Positions 12,814 through 21,559 of a DNA stretch of 41,639 nucleotides are shown here, in pieces. Numbering within the stretch: the stretch's first letter is position 1; the number at the start of each line of letters is the position of its first letter. Below the pieces are notes generated by a model. The model was given only the letters and a program-made list of their open reading frames with translations. It did not search any database and had not been told where the DNA came from. The DNA comes from Myxococcota bacterium (lineage in GTDB: Bacteria; Myxococcota_A; Polyangia; Polyangiales; Sandaracinaceae). The stretch lies in NCBI GenBank assembly GCA_036149055.1, contig JAYZQJ010000219.1, positions 1-41,639 of the forward strand, written 5' to 3'. A program made the translations under genes and the position numbers.

Positions 12814-13284
12814 ATGGCAAGCCACGCCCCGAGCGACCGCGCCGCCGCCGCCCTCCTCGTCGAGGCCGGGGAGCTGTGGGTGGTCGAGAACCTCGGCCCG
12901 CGCGGGGCGCGCTACTGGACCCCGCCCGGCGGCAGCGTCGACCCGGGCGAGACCTGGGAGACCGGGCTGCTGCGCGAGGTGCGCGAGGAGACCGGGCTGA
13001 GGATCCGCGACGCCGCCCTCGCCTTCACCCACGAGGTCGGGTCGGTCCGGGTCCGCACCTACGTCTCGACCGCGTTCGACCGGGTCGGGGCGCCCGACGA
13101 CCCGGACGGGGTCATCCTCGACGTGCGCCGGCTGCCGATCGCCGAGGCGCTCCACCGGGTTCGCGAGACGGCGCCCCGCGCGATCAGCCGCCCGCTCGAC
13201 GCCTGGTTCCGTCGGCTCGGGCGCGCCGACGGGCGGTTCACGTTTGCTCCCTCGATCGCGCGCGCCTCGGGTCTATCTTTGTAA
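12814..13284 (+). CDS. NUDIX hydrolase
   Basis: Nudix box [34 protein letters not shown]. Confidence 0.85.
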   Translation: MASHAPSDRAAAALLVEAGELWVVENLGPRGARYWTPPGGSVDPGETWETGLLREVREETGLRIRDAALAFTHEVGSVRVRTYVSTAFDRVGAPDDPDGVILDVRRLPIAEALHRVRETAPRAISRPLDAWFRRLGRADGRFTFAPSIARASGLSL

Positions 13285-13287
13285 GCG

Positions 13288-14376
13288 GTGACGCGTTCGA
13301 TGGAGCGGAGCGGGAGGGTGCGGCGCGAGGGAGCGCTCGCGCTGGCGCTCGGCTCCGCCCTCCTCGGCGTCGCCGGCATGCGCCTCGTCAGCGACGACCT
13401 GCTCGGCGCGGTCGTGCTCGCGATCGAGCTGGGCGTGCTGGGCCTGCTCGCGCGGACGCACCCCGAGGGGGACGACGACGCGAGCCTCACCTGGACCGCG
13501 GTGGCCGGCGCCTTCGTCGCCCTGCCCACCGCCGTCGGCGCGGTCGACGCCGACTGGATCTGCCTCGCGCTCTTCCTCGCCGCGCCCGCGGGCCTCGTGC
13601 TCGCCACCTTCTGGTGGACGCTGATGGGGCGGCTCGAGCCGCTCGAGCGCGGCGGCAGCCTCGAGGATCCCATCCGGGCCCGGGGCCACGTCGCCCGCTG
13701 GCTCGTCGCGGTGGCCAGCGTCGCCGGGCTGGTCGGCGCGGTACGCGCCGATCTCGTCAGCGCCGGCCTCGGGCTGGGCATGGCCCTGGCGGCGGCCGCG
13801 CTGGCGGCCCGGGCGCGCGGCGCGCTGCGCCGACGGAGCCGCTGGCTCGCGCTCGTGCGGGAGGGGCGCGTGGACGGCTGGCGCGTCCGGGACGCGAGCG
13901 AGGTGTCCCCCGAGCGCCTCGCCGACCTGCCCGCCTTCACCCGCGGCCCGCTGCTCGACGGCGTGCTCGTCGCCCACACGCCGGACGCGCCCTACCGTGA
14001 GGGGCTCGGCGAGCCGGTCGCCCGGGTCGCGACCGACGCGCCGCTGCCCGCCCGCCGGCCAGGCCCGGGGCGCGCGCTGATCGCGGCGGCCGCGAGCGTG
14101 GGCGCGGTCTTCGCTCCCCTCGTCGCCCTCGCCGCCTCCGCGTGCGCGGCCGAGCTCCTCAGCCGGGATCCGGCCGGCTGCATCGGCGAGGAGATGGTCG
14201 GCTGGCTGCTCCTCCTCAGCGGCCCCGGGACCGGCGCGCTGCTCTTCCTGCTGGGCCGCCTCCATCGCCCGGGGCGGGTCCTGGTCTGGTGGCTCGGGAC
14301 CGGCGTCTACCTGCTCGCCTGCCCCTTCGTCTGCCTCAGCGCGTCGATGGCGGCGGCGTTCTCGTGCTGGAGCTGA
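13288..14376 (+). CDS. hypothetical multi-pass membrane protein
   Basis: Multiple hydrophobic segments; follows the NUDIX gene by 3 nt. Confidence 0.6.
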   Translation: MTRSMERSGRVRREGALALALGSALLGVAGMRLVSDDLLGAVVLAIELGVLGLLARTHPEGDDDASLTWTAVAGAFVALPTAVGAVDADWICLALFLAAPAGLVLATFWWTLMGRLEPLERGGSLEDPIRARGHVARWLVAVASVAGLVGAVRADLVSAGLGLGMALAAAALAARARGALRRRSRWLALVREGRVDGWRVRDASEVSPERLADLPAFTRGPLLDGVLVAHTPDAPYREGLGEPVARVATDAPLPARRPGPGRALIAAAASVGAVFAPLVALAASACAAELLSRDPAGCIGEEMVGWLLLLSGPGTGALLFLLGRLHRPGRVLVWWLGTGVYLLACPFVCLSASMAAAFSCWS

Positions 14377-15313
14377 TCGCCTCTACGAGCGCGCGCACGG
14401 TGAGCGGCGAGCTGCCCTCGACCTTGTTGTTCACCAACACGAAGAGCTCGGCCGCGCCCCGGCACGCCTCGATCAGCGCGAGCACGTCCTCCCGCATCTC
14501 GGGCAGCGGGGCCGCGATGCGATCGAAAGGCGCGTACGCCTCCTTCATCTCCGCGTAGCGCTTGCCGGGCGGGAGCATCAGCCGGCAGACGCAGGTCTCG
14601 GCGACCAGGGCCCCACGCTCGAGCTGCTCGCGCACCGTCGGCATCCGCGTGTGCAGGTTGAGCACGTGGCTCGCGTGCGGATGCCGGCGCAGCGCGGCGA
14701 GGTAGGCGTCGGTGAAGAGCGCGGGCTCGCGCAGCTCGAACGCCACGTGCGCCTCCCGGGGCACCGCGCGGAGGAAACGATCGATCGCGGTGGCGAACGC
14801 GCGCGGCTCGGTGACGGTCGGCGACGGCGTCACCTCGAAGATCAGCGGGCCGGCGTGCGCGCCCAGGCCCTCGAGCATCGGCACGAGGACCGTCTCGATG
14901 AAGCGCGGCGGATCGAGGAAGAAGGGGTTCGGCTGGCCGGCGCGATCCCCGTGGCGCTCGTGCCGCGGGAAGACGCGCGTCGTCAGCTCGCTCCACACCT
15001 TGCTGCACACCCGGAAGCCCGGCGGGAGCTGCGCCGCCTGCGCCTCCCACTCCTCGCGGCTCAGCGGCGCGTAGAAGCTGCGGTCCACGCCCACCGTGGC
15101 GAAGAGCGGGTGCGCGGCGTACTCCCGCAGGCTCTGCCGCACGAAGGCTTGCTTGGTCGGGTAGCGCTTCCGGTAGACGAGGTCCTTCCAGCCCTCGAAG
15201 GTCCAGCTCGAGGTCCCGAAGCGGACGTGCGCAGGGATGTCGGCGGCGAGCTGGACGAGCGCGGGATCCGGCGGCGGCAGCGGATCCTGGAACAGATCCA
15301 TCTGGCCGCTCAT
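14336..15313 (-). CDS. DUF72 (YecE-like) protein
   Basis: FGTSSWTFEGW, YAAHPLFATVGVDRSFY, AFELRE and VNNKVEGSSP motifs; ATG coupled to the mltG stop. Confidence 0.85.
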   Translation of the reverse strand: MSGQMDLFQDPLPPPDPALVQLAADIPAHVRFGTSSWTFEGWKDLVYRKRYPTKQAFVRQSLREYAAHPLFATVGVDRSFYAPLSREEWEAQAAQLPPGFRVCSKVWSELTTRVFPRHERHGDRAGQPNPFFLDPPRFIETVLVPMLEGLGAHAGPLIFEVTPSPTVTEPRAFATAIDRFLRAVPREAHVAFELREPALFTDAYLAALRRHPHASHVLNLHTRMPTVREQLERGALVAETCVCRLMLPPGKRYAEMKEAYAPFDRIAAPLPEMREDVLALIEACRGAAELFVLVNNKVEGSSPLTVRALVEAISSSTRTPPPSTR

Positions 15314-16422
15314 CGCTGCGACTCGCGATAGCGCGCGACGGCCGCGTTGTGCTCCTCCAGGGTCGCGCTGAAGGCGTGCCGGCCACTCCCTCGAGCCACG
15401 AAGTAGAGGTAGTCGTGGTCCTCGTGCGCGAGCACCGCCCGCAGCGACGCGAGGCCGGGGTTCGCGATCGGCCCGGGCGGCAGCCCCTCGTGGCGGTAGG
15501 TGTTGTAGAGGTTGCGGCGGTCCTGGAGCATCGATCGGGTGATCGCGCCGCCCCCCCAGGCCTCGCAGCTCGGCGCGGCGCGCGGCGCGGCCAAGCAGCC
15601 GTAGCTGACCGTCGGATCCGCCTGCAGCCGCTTGGGGTTGAAGTCCGGCGAGCGGAGGCGGTTGATGAACACCCGCGCGATGATCGGCCGCTCCTCCGCG
15701 ACCGCCGCCTCCTTCTCGACGATCGACGCGAGGATCAGGGCCTCGTGCTCCCCCCAGGCGAGCTCGCGGGAGAGCCACGTGAGCCGCTCGCGCCGCTCCT
15801 CGAAGACCGGCGCGGTCCGCCGTCGCCAGTTGCGCACCAGGCGCCGCACCACCTCCGGGCCGTCGAGATCCTGCGGCAGCCGATAGGTGTCGGGGAAGAG
15901 GTAGCCCTCCGCGGTCGGCCCCTCGATGCCGAGCTCGTCGAGCAGGCGGCGGTCCTCGGTCGCGGCGATGAAGTCGTCCGCGTCGACCACGCCCCAGCGC
16001 TCGAGGCGCTCCGCGATCGCGAACCGGTGGAAGCCCTCGGGGAGGGTCACCCGGACCTCGGCCGCGCCGAAGCCGAGCGCGATGCGCTGCAGCACGTCGC
16101 GCGGCGTCATGTCGTCGGTGAGCAAGACCTCGCCGTCCCGGAGGCGCTCGTCGGCCCCGAGCAGCCGGGCGTAGACGGCGAAGATCCGCGGGCGCTCGAT
16201 CGCGCCGACCTCGGCCAGCGCCTCGGCGAGCCCGTCGAGCGGCTGCCCGGGCGACACCTGCACGCGCACCTCGCGGCCGCGCCCGGACGCCCGCCCCTTC
16301 GGGTAGACGATCACCAGCCAGCCGAGGCCCACGAGCGCCGCGCCGACGATCAGCGCGAGCGTCGCGATCAGCCCTCGGGCGAGCCGTCGGCCTCGGCGCG
16401 CGCGCTTCCGTCTGCGCCCCAC
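15310..16422 (-). CDS. mltG: endolytic transglycosylase MltG
   Basis: N-terminal TM; TLPEG, EGYLFPDTY, LASIVEKEA, LQADPTV, YNTY..GLPPGPIANPG and YLYFVA motifs. Confidence 0.95.
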   Translation of the reverse strand: MGRRRKRARRGRRLARGLIATLALIVGAALVGLGWLVIVYPKGRASGRGREVRVQVSPGQPLDGLAEALAEVGAIERPRIFAVYARLLGADERLRDGEVLLTDDMTPRDVLQRIALGFGAAEVRVTLPEGFHRFAIAERLERWGVVDADDFIAATEDRRLLDELGIEGPTAEGYLFPDTYRLPQDLDGPEVVRRLVRNWRRRTAPVFEERRERLTWLSRELAWGEHEALILASIVEKEAAVAEERPIIARVFINRLRSPDFNPKRLQADPTVSYGCLAAPRAAPSCEAWGGGAITRSMLQDRRNLYNTYRHEGLPPGPIANPGLASLRAVLAHEDHDYLYFVARGSGRHAFSATLEEHNAAVARYRESQR

Positions 16423-16844
16423 GCGTCGTCCCTCCCACGCTGGCTGTCGAGGTAGCTCTGGAGCAGCAAGCTGGCCGCGACGCGGTCCACCTTGCCCCGC
16501 TGCGCCTTGCCGTCGAGGCCGCCCTCGCGGAGCGCGCGCTCGGCGGCGAGGCTGCTCATGCGCTCGTCCCAGAGGATGACCGGCTTGCCGGTGGCCGCCT
16601 CGAGCTTCTCGGCGAAGCGGCGCGCGCGTCGGGCCGAGGCGCCCTCCCGGCCGTCCATGTGGAGCGGCAGGCCGACGACGATCTCCTGCACGCCCTGCGC
16701 CTCCACCAGCGCCGCCAGCTCGGTCACGAGCGCGCCCATCCCGGCGCGGGCGAGCGTGTCGAAGGGCTGGGCGAACACTCCGTCCTCGTCGGAGAGCGCG
16801 AGCCCCACCCGCTTCTCACCGTGGTCGATGCCGAGGCGCCGCAT
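16368..16844 (-). CDS. ruvX: YqgF/RuvX pre-16S rRNA nuclease
   Basis: LGIDHGEKRVGLALSD, VVGLP, WDERMSS and VDRVAASLLLQSYLD motifs. Confidence 0.93.
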   Translation of the reverse strand: MRRLGIDHGEKRVGLALSDEDGVFAQPFDTLARAGMGALVTELAALVEAQGVQEIVVGLPLHMDGREGASARRARRFAEKLEAATGKPVILWDERMSSLAAERALREGGLDGKAQRGKVDRVAASLLLQSYLDSQRGRDDAWGADGSARAEADGSPEG

Positions 16845-16953
16845 GCCGCCCGGGTGTACCAGCGGCTCGGCGCGGTGGCCACCAGCGAGACGCGGTCCCC
16901 CTCCCGGCGCGCCGCATGCTGCGCATCCCCTCCGTTTGGCGGTACCGTCGGGC

Positions 16954-17439
16954 GTGGCGCTCGAGCCGGTATGCGAGGGACCGACGCACCGCTTCGCGGG
17001 GGTGAGGAACGTGCTCGTCTCGGTGTACTGGGGCGCGCCCCGGGCCGAGGCGCTCCGCCAGCGCATCCCCTGGGTCGAGCGCACGGTGGCCACCTACGGG
17101 GCGCTGGGCTTGCTCGTGGTGGTCCCGCCGGACGCCGCCGGGCACCTGCCGGACCGGGGCTTCCGCGACGAGTCGCGCGCGCAGGCGGATCGTTTTCGAG
17201 ACCACCTCCGCTTCAGCGCCTCGGTGATCGAAGGCGACGACGTGCAGCACACCCTGATCCGGACCTTCCTGCGCGGCCTCGCGGTCGTCGCCGCGCGCGG
17301 GCTCGAGGTCCGCTTCTTCCGGGCGGTGCACGACGGCGCCGCGTGGGCCTCCGAGCAGGCGGAGCCCTTCGGCGGCCCGAGCCCGCAGTCGCTGATCGAC
17401 GCGGTCGAGGCCTTGCGAGCGCGCGGCCCGGGGGGCTAA
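16954..17439 (+). CDS. hypothetical protein, STAS/SpoIIAA-like fold possible
   Basis: Coding bias in the distal part of ORF 16492..17439; alpha/beta pattern ending RFF..VHDGAAW. Confidence 0.6.
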   Translation: MALEPVCEGPTHRFAGVRNVLVSVYWGAPRAEALRQRIPWVERTVATYGALGLLVVVPPDAAGHLPDRGFRDESRAQADRFRDHLRFSASVIEGDDVQHTLIRTFLRGLAVVAARGLEVRFFRAVHDGAAWASEQAEPFGGPSPQSLIDAVEALRARGPGG

Positions 17440-17448
17440 CTCGCCCCC

Positions 17449-18429
17449 ATGCGCATCCTCGCGGCAGACGTCGGCGGCACCAAGACGCTCGTGTCCCTCT
17501 TCGAGCGCTCCGGGGAGGGCTGGACCGAGATCGCGCAGAAGCGCGTCGCGAGCGCCGCCTACCCCGGGCTCGCTCCGATCCTGAAGGAGCTGCTCGCCGC
17601 GCACGACGGCCCGGTCCAGGCCGGCGCCTTCGGGGTCGCGGGCCCGGTGCACGACGATCGCTCCGAGGCCACGAACCTCCCCTGGATCCTCGACGCCCGC
17701 GCCCTCGAGCGCGCGGTCCCGCAGCTCGGCCGGGCGCGCCTGCTGAACGACTTCGAGGCGGTCGCGCTCGGGCTCGGCGTGCTGCGCGACGATCAGCTCG
17801 TGGTGCTCCAGGATCGGCCCGCGCTCCCCGGAGAGCCCGCCGCGGTGCTCGGGGCCGGCACCGGGCTCGGCGAGGCGATCCTCCTGCCCTCCGGCGGCGC
17901 CCTCCCCCGGGTCTTCCCCACCGAAGGCGGCCACACCGACTTCCCCCCGCGCGACGCGCTCGAGATCGAGCTGCTGCGCTTCCTCCAGGCCCGCCACGGG
18001 CGCGTCTCGATCGAGCGGGTGGTCTCGGGCCCCGGGCTCGCCGCCCTCTACGACTTCCTGGTGGAGTCGGGGCGCGGGGCGCGCGTCCCGGAGGTGGAGT
18101 CGGCTCCGGATCGCTCGGCCGCCATCGGGCGCCTGGGCGCGGAGGGCGCCGATCCGACCTGCGCCGAGGCCGTGCGTCGCTTCGTCAGCCTCTACGGCGC
18201 GGAGGCGGGCAACCTCGCGCTCAAGTGCCTGCCGCGCGGGGGCCTCTACGTGGCGGGCGGCATCGCGCCCAAGCTGCTCGGACCGATCCGCGGTGGGGAC
18301 TTCATGAAGTCCTTCCTGAACAAGGGCCGCATGGAGAAGGTGCTCGCCGAGCTGCGGGTCATGGTGGTGACCGAGCCCCGGGTCGGCCTGCTGGGGAGCC
18401 GCCGCGCGGCCGAGGCGCTCTGCGCGTGA
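17449..18429 (+). CDS. glk: glucokinase
   Basis: ADVGGTK, TNLPW, LLNDFEA, GAGTGLG, EGGH, ERVVSGPGL, GGIAPK and KGRM motifs. Confidence 0.95.
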   Translation: MRILAADVGGTKTLVSLFERSGEGWTEIAQKRVASAAYPGLAPILKELLAAHDGPVQAGAFGVAGPVHDDRSEATNLPWILDARALERAVPQLGRARLLNDFEAVALGLGVLRDDQLVVLQDRPALPGEPAAVLGAGTGLGEAILLPSGGALPRVFPTEGGHTDFPPRDALEIELLRFLQARHGRVSIERVVSGPGLAALYDFLVESGRGARVPEVESAPDRSAAIGRLGAEGADPTCAEAVRRFVSLYGAEAGNLALKCLPRGGLYVAGGIAPKLLGPIRGGDFMKSFLNKGRMEKVLAELRVMVVTEPRVGLLGSRRAAEALCA

Positions 18430-19343
18430 GCCCGCTGGAGGTCGGCGCCGGGTGGCAGGCGGCGGGACACGCGGTCGCGCTCGCGACGGTGGTGGAGACC
18501 TGGGGCAGCGCCCCGGTCCCCGCCGGCGCCCACCTCGTGGTGCGGGACGACGGCGCGTTCGAGGGCAGCGTGTCCGGCGGCTGCGTCGAGGCGCAGGTGA
18601 TCGAGGTCGCGCGGGCGCTGCTCCGGGGCGGCCCGCCCCGCCTCCTGGAGCTGGGCGTCGACGACGCCTGCGCGCAGGGCGTGGGGCTCCCCTGCGGCGG
18701 CACCATCCGGGTCTTCGTCGGCCCGCTCGGCGATCCCGCGCCGCTGCTCCGGGCCCGCGCCGCCCGGCGGAGCGTGGTCTCGGTGACCCGCCTCGACACC
18801 GGCGCGCGCGAGGTGCGCGAGGAGGCCTCGGCCCGGCACACGCCGCAGCTCGAGGGGGATCGCCTCCTCCAGCCGCACGTGCCGCCGCTCCGCCTCGTCC
18901 TCGTCGGGGCGTCGCACGTGGCCCAGGCGGTGTGCGAGATGGCCGTCCCCCTCGACCTCGAGGTGACGGTGGTGGACCCGCGGGCCGCGTGGCTGACCGA
19001 GGCGCGCTTCCCGCGGGCGCGCCGCGTGGTCGACTGGCCCGGCCCGGAGACCCTCGCGCTCGACGCCCACGCCGGCCTCGTCGCGCTCAGCCACGACCCC
19101 AAGATCGACGACCCCGCGCTCGCGCACGCCCTCGGCACCGACGCCCTCTACGTCGGGGCGCTCGGCAGCCGCCGCTCGCACGAGGCCCGGCTCGGCCGGC
19201 TGCGCGCCGAGGGCTGGGGCGAGGCCGCGCTGGCCCGCATCCACGGGCCGGTCGGCCTTCCCCTCGGCGCCCGCACCCCGGCCGAGATCGCGCTGTCGAT
19301 CCTGGCCGAGCTCGTCCGCGTTCAGCGCGCGCCGTACTCGTAG
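18426..19343 (+). CDS. XdhC/CoxI family molybdenum cofactor chaperone
   Basis: ATVVETWGSAP, GSVSGGCVE, GLPCGG, HDPKIDD, YVGALGSR and GPVGL...TPAEIALSI motifs; GTGA overlap with glk. Confidence 0.92.
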   Translation: MSPLEVGAGWQAAGHAVALATVVETWGSAPVPAGAHLVVRDDGAFEGSVSGGCVEAQVIEVARALLRGGPPRLLELGVDDACAQGVGLPCGGTIRVFVGPLGDPAPLLRARAARRSVVSVTRLDTGAREVREEASARHTPQLEGDRLLQPHVPPLRLVLVGASHVAQAVCEMAVPLDLEVTVVDPRAAWLTEARFPRARRVVDWPGPETLALDAHAGLVALSHDPKIDDPALAHALGTDALYVGALGSRRSHEARLGRLRAEGWGEAALARIHGPVGLPLGARTPAEIALSILAELVRVQRAPYS

Positions 19344-20812
19344 TAGTCGACCCCGAGGTCGGCGAACGCGCGCTCGTCGATCTCGCCGGTGCGGCTGATG
19401 TAGAAGCCCGGGCTGACCGCGCCGCCCAGCCCCGCCGCGAGCCGGCCGTGGTCGTGCAGCGCCTCGTAGGCCTGGCGGTCGAGGTCCACCGCCTCCGCCA
19501 GCGCGCTGCGCACGTGGATGTGCGCCGCGGCCTCGTACCAGGTGTCCTGCACCACCAGCGGGATCGCCTCGGCCGCGTCGCCGCTGCCGTAGCCGACGCA
19601 GAGCAGCTCCTCGCCCGCGAGCGGGAGCCGGCGGATGTACGCCTCCTCGAGCCCCGCCGCGAGCCAGGCCGGGAGCGCGGCGGTGTAGAGGTTGCCGAGC
19701 TCCATCGCCGGCTCCGCCCCGAGCTCCATCAGGTCGCCGAGGGCCTCGTCGAGCGCGCCGCTGCGGCGCAGGTAGGCGGCGAGCTGGGTGGTCGCCGGGG
19801 AAGGATCGCTCGGCTCACCCGACGCGAGCAGCGCGCCGAACAGATCCGGCGCGCCCGCCGCCTCGGCCCGCAGCGCCTCGGGCTCCACGCCGGCCTCCCG
19901 GGCGAGCGCCTCGAGCCGGGCCGGATCGGCGTCGTCCGCGTGGAAGCCGCCCGCGAGCGCCCGGGCGTGGAGGAACGCCATCGCCTGCTTCGGCATGTGG
20001 GCGTACGGCCGGTGCATGAACACCGCGCGCACCCGCTCCAGGTAGGCGCCGAGCGACGTGCCCTGCCGCCCGAGCAGATCGCGCATCGCCTCGAAGGTCT
20101 CGTCGACGTAGGCGAAGGTCGAGTACTTGCCGCTGAAGACGGGGAAGTCGTGCAGCCGCGCGCCCTTCTCCTGGCCGAGGTAGCGGGCCATCGGCTTGCG
20201 GAAGTCGGGCCCGCGATAGGCCGACGCGCTCCCCGCCCGGGCGAGGTCGACGGCCGCGAGCCGCGGGCCCCGCTCCACCAGCATCGCCACCGCGCCCGCG
20301 CCCTGGGTCTGCTCCCCGGTGCTGCCGCGCGCGTACTCCGCCACGTCGGAGCAGATGACGATCGCGCGGCGCCCGCGCCCATCGCAGCTCGCGTAGCGCA
20401 CCGCGCCCTTGAGCGCGTAGAGGCCGCCGAGGCAGGCGTGCTTCAGCTCCGGGACCTCGCAGCGCCGCGACAGCCGCGGCAGCCCCCGCTCGACGAGCGC
20501 GCGGTCGAGCATGCCGCGCACGATCACCGCGCCGGCCGCGTTGTCCTTGCTCGACTCGGTGCCCAGCGCCAGGTAGCCGACCGAGCCCGGGTCGACGTCG
20601 AAGTCGAGGATGAGCGACAGCGCCGCCTCGGCGGCCATCGTGTAGACGTCCTCGTGGGGCGCGGGCATGCGGAAGCTCCGCCCGACCACCCCCCGGACCT
20701 TCTCCCACGGCTGCCCGTTCCAGGCGCACCAGTCCTCGAGCGGCACGCGCAGACGCGGCACGTAGAGCGACAGCCCGCTGAGACCGGCGAGGTCTCGATC
20801 CGTCGAACCCAT
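19322..20812 (-). CDS. hydroxymethylglutaryl-CoA synthase family protein
   Basis: EDVYTMAA, GTES, ELKHACLGG, SDVAEY, GEQTQGAGAVAML, DFRKP, MHRPY, GNLYTA and GYGSG motifs. Confidence 0.88.
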   Translation of the reverse strand: MGSTDRDLAGLSGLSLYVPRLRVPLEDWCAWNGQPWEKVRGVVGRSFRMPAPHEDVYTMAAEAALSLILDFDVDPGSVGYLALGTESSKDNAAGAVIVRGMLDRALVERGLPRLSRRCEVPELKHACLGGLYALKGAVRYASCDGRGRRAIVICSDVAEYARGSTGEQTQGAGAVAMLVERGPRLAAVDLARAGSASAYRGPDFRKPMARYLGQEKGARLHDFPVFSGKYSTFAYVDETFEAMRDLLGRQGTSLGAYLERVRAVFMHRPYAHMPKQAMAFLHARALAGGFHADDADPARLEALAREAGVEPEALRAEAAGAPDLFGALLASGEPSDPSPATTQLAAYLRRSGALDEALGDLMELGAEPAMELGNLYTAALPAWLAAGLEEAYIRRLPLAGEELLCVGYGSGDAAEAIPLVVQDTWYEAAAHIHVRSALAEAVDLDRQAYEALHDHGRLAAGLGGAVSPGFYISRTGEIDERAFADLGVDYYEYGAR

Positions 20813-21013
20813 CAGGTCACCTCCAAGGCGCCGGAGCATAGGCGTCGAATGATTCGGGCAGGTTTCGGGTGGGTGTCCACCCGCGCCAACCGTCGGAAGC
20901 CCGGGCCGAGCCGTCGCCTGGCCCCGTCAGCCGCTCCGTCGGCTCAGCGGCGCGCGAGCCGACGCCTCGACCAAGACGGCTTGCCCCGTGTCGACCTCCA
21001 CTCGTACGCAGAG

Positions 21014-21029
21014 TGGCACTCGTGTTGCA
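21014..21029 (+). promoter_or_regulatory. sigma-54 promoter
   Basis: TGGCACTCGTGTTGCA matches TGGCAC-N5-TTGCA, 14 nt upstream of the ATG at 21044. Confidence 0.8.
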
Positions 21030-21043
21030 ACCTGACGTGCACG

Positions 21044-21493
21044 ATGACGAAACGGCACATCCCGACTCACCTCCTCTTCCTCCTCCTCGCGAGCGCCTGC
21101 TCGCAGGCCTCGCCCGGCGAGGGCTCCGACGCCGGACCGCTCGCCTCCGACGCCGCCGGTCCGATGACCTGCTCGATCGAGTCACCTTGTCTCGGCAACT
21201 CCGCCTACGCCTGCGTCGGCGGCGGCTGCGGCGAGGCGCACACCTGCGAGATGCAAGCGGCGGGCTGCGGCGGCGCGCTCACCCTGCACTGCGGCTGCGA
21301 CGGCCGCCTCTACGAGGCCAGCACCTGCGCCGACCGCCCCTCGCAGCCCATGACCGGCTGCCCGCCCGTCAGCTGCGACGCCGAGGCGGTGGTCTGCCGG
21401 GCCGTCGCCCCCGAGTGCGAGGGCCAGCACTCCGTGCCCTCGGTGGTCGACGGCTGCTGGGGCCCGTGCGTGCACCCGTCGCAGTGCGAGTGA
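21044..21493 (+). CDS. small Cys-rich lipoprotein with Kazal-like CGCDG motif
   Basis: MTKRH...LLLASAC lipoprotein signal; 16 further Cys in 149 aa. Confidence 0.75.
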   Translation: MTKRHIPTHLLFLLLASACSQASPGEGSDAGPLASDAAGPMTCSIESPCLGNSAYACVGGGCGEAHTCEMQAAGCGGALTLHCGCDGRLYEASTCADRPSQPMTGCPPVSCDAEAVVCRAVAPECEGQHSVPSVVDGCWGPCVHPSQCE

Positions 21494-21559
21494 CCCGGCT
21501 CTACGAAAATCTTCGTGGTTTCGCTTGCCTCGAGCCCGGATGCGACCATCGTTGCGCGC

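Noticed and set aside
18452..21493. 1013-aa ORF (likewise 16659..19343, 14336..16438, 9647..11935, 25989..28352, 22933..25050) as fusion proteins
   Set aside because: Only the distal parts are coding, and each has its own plausible start codon
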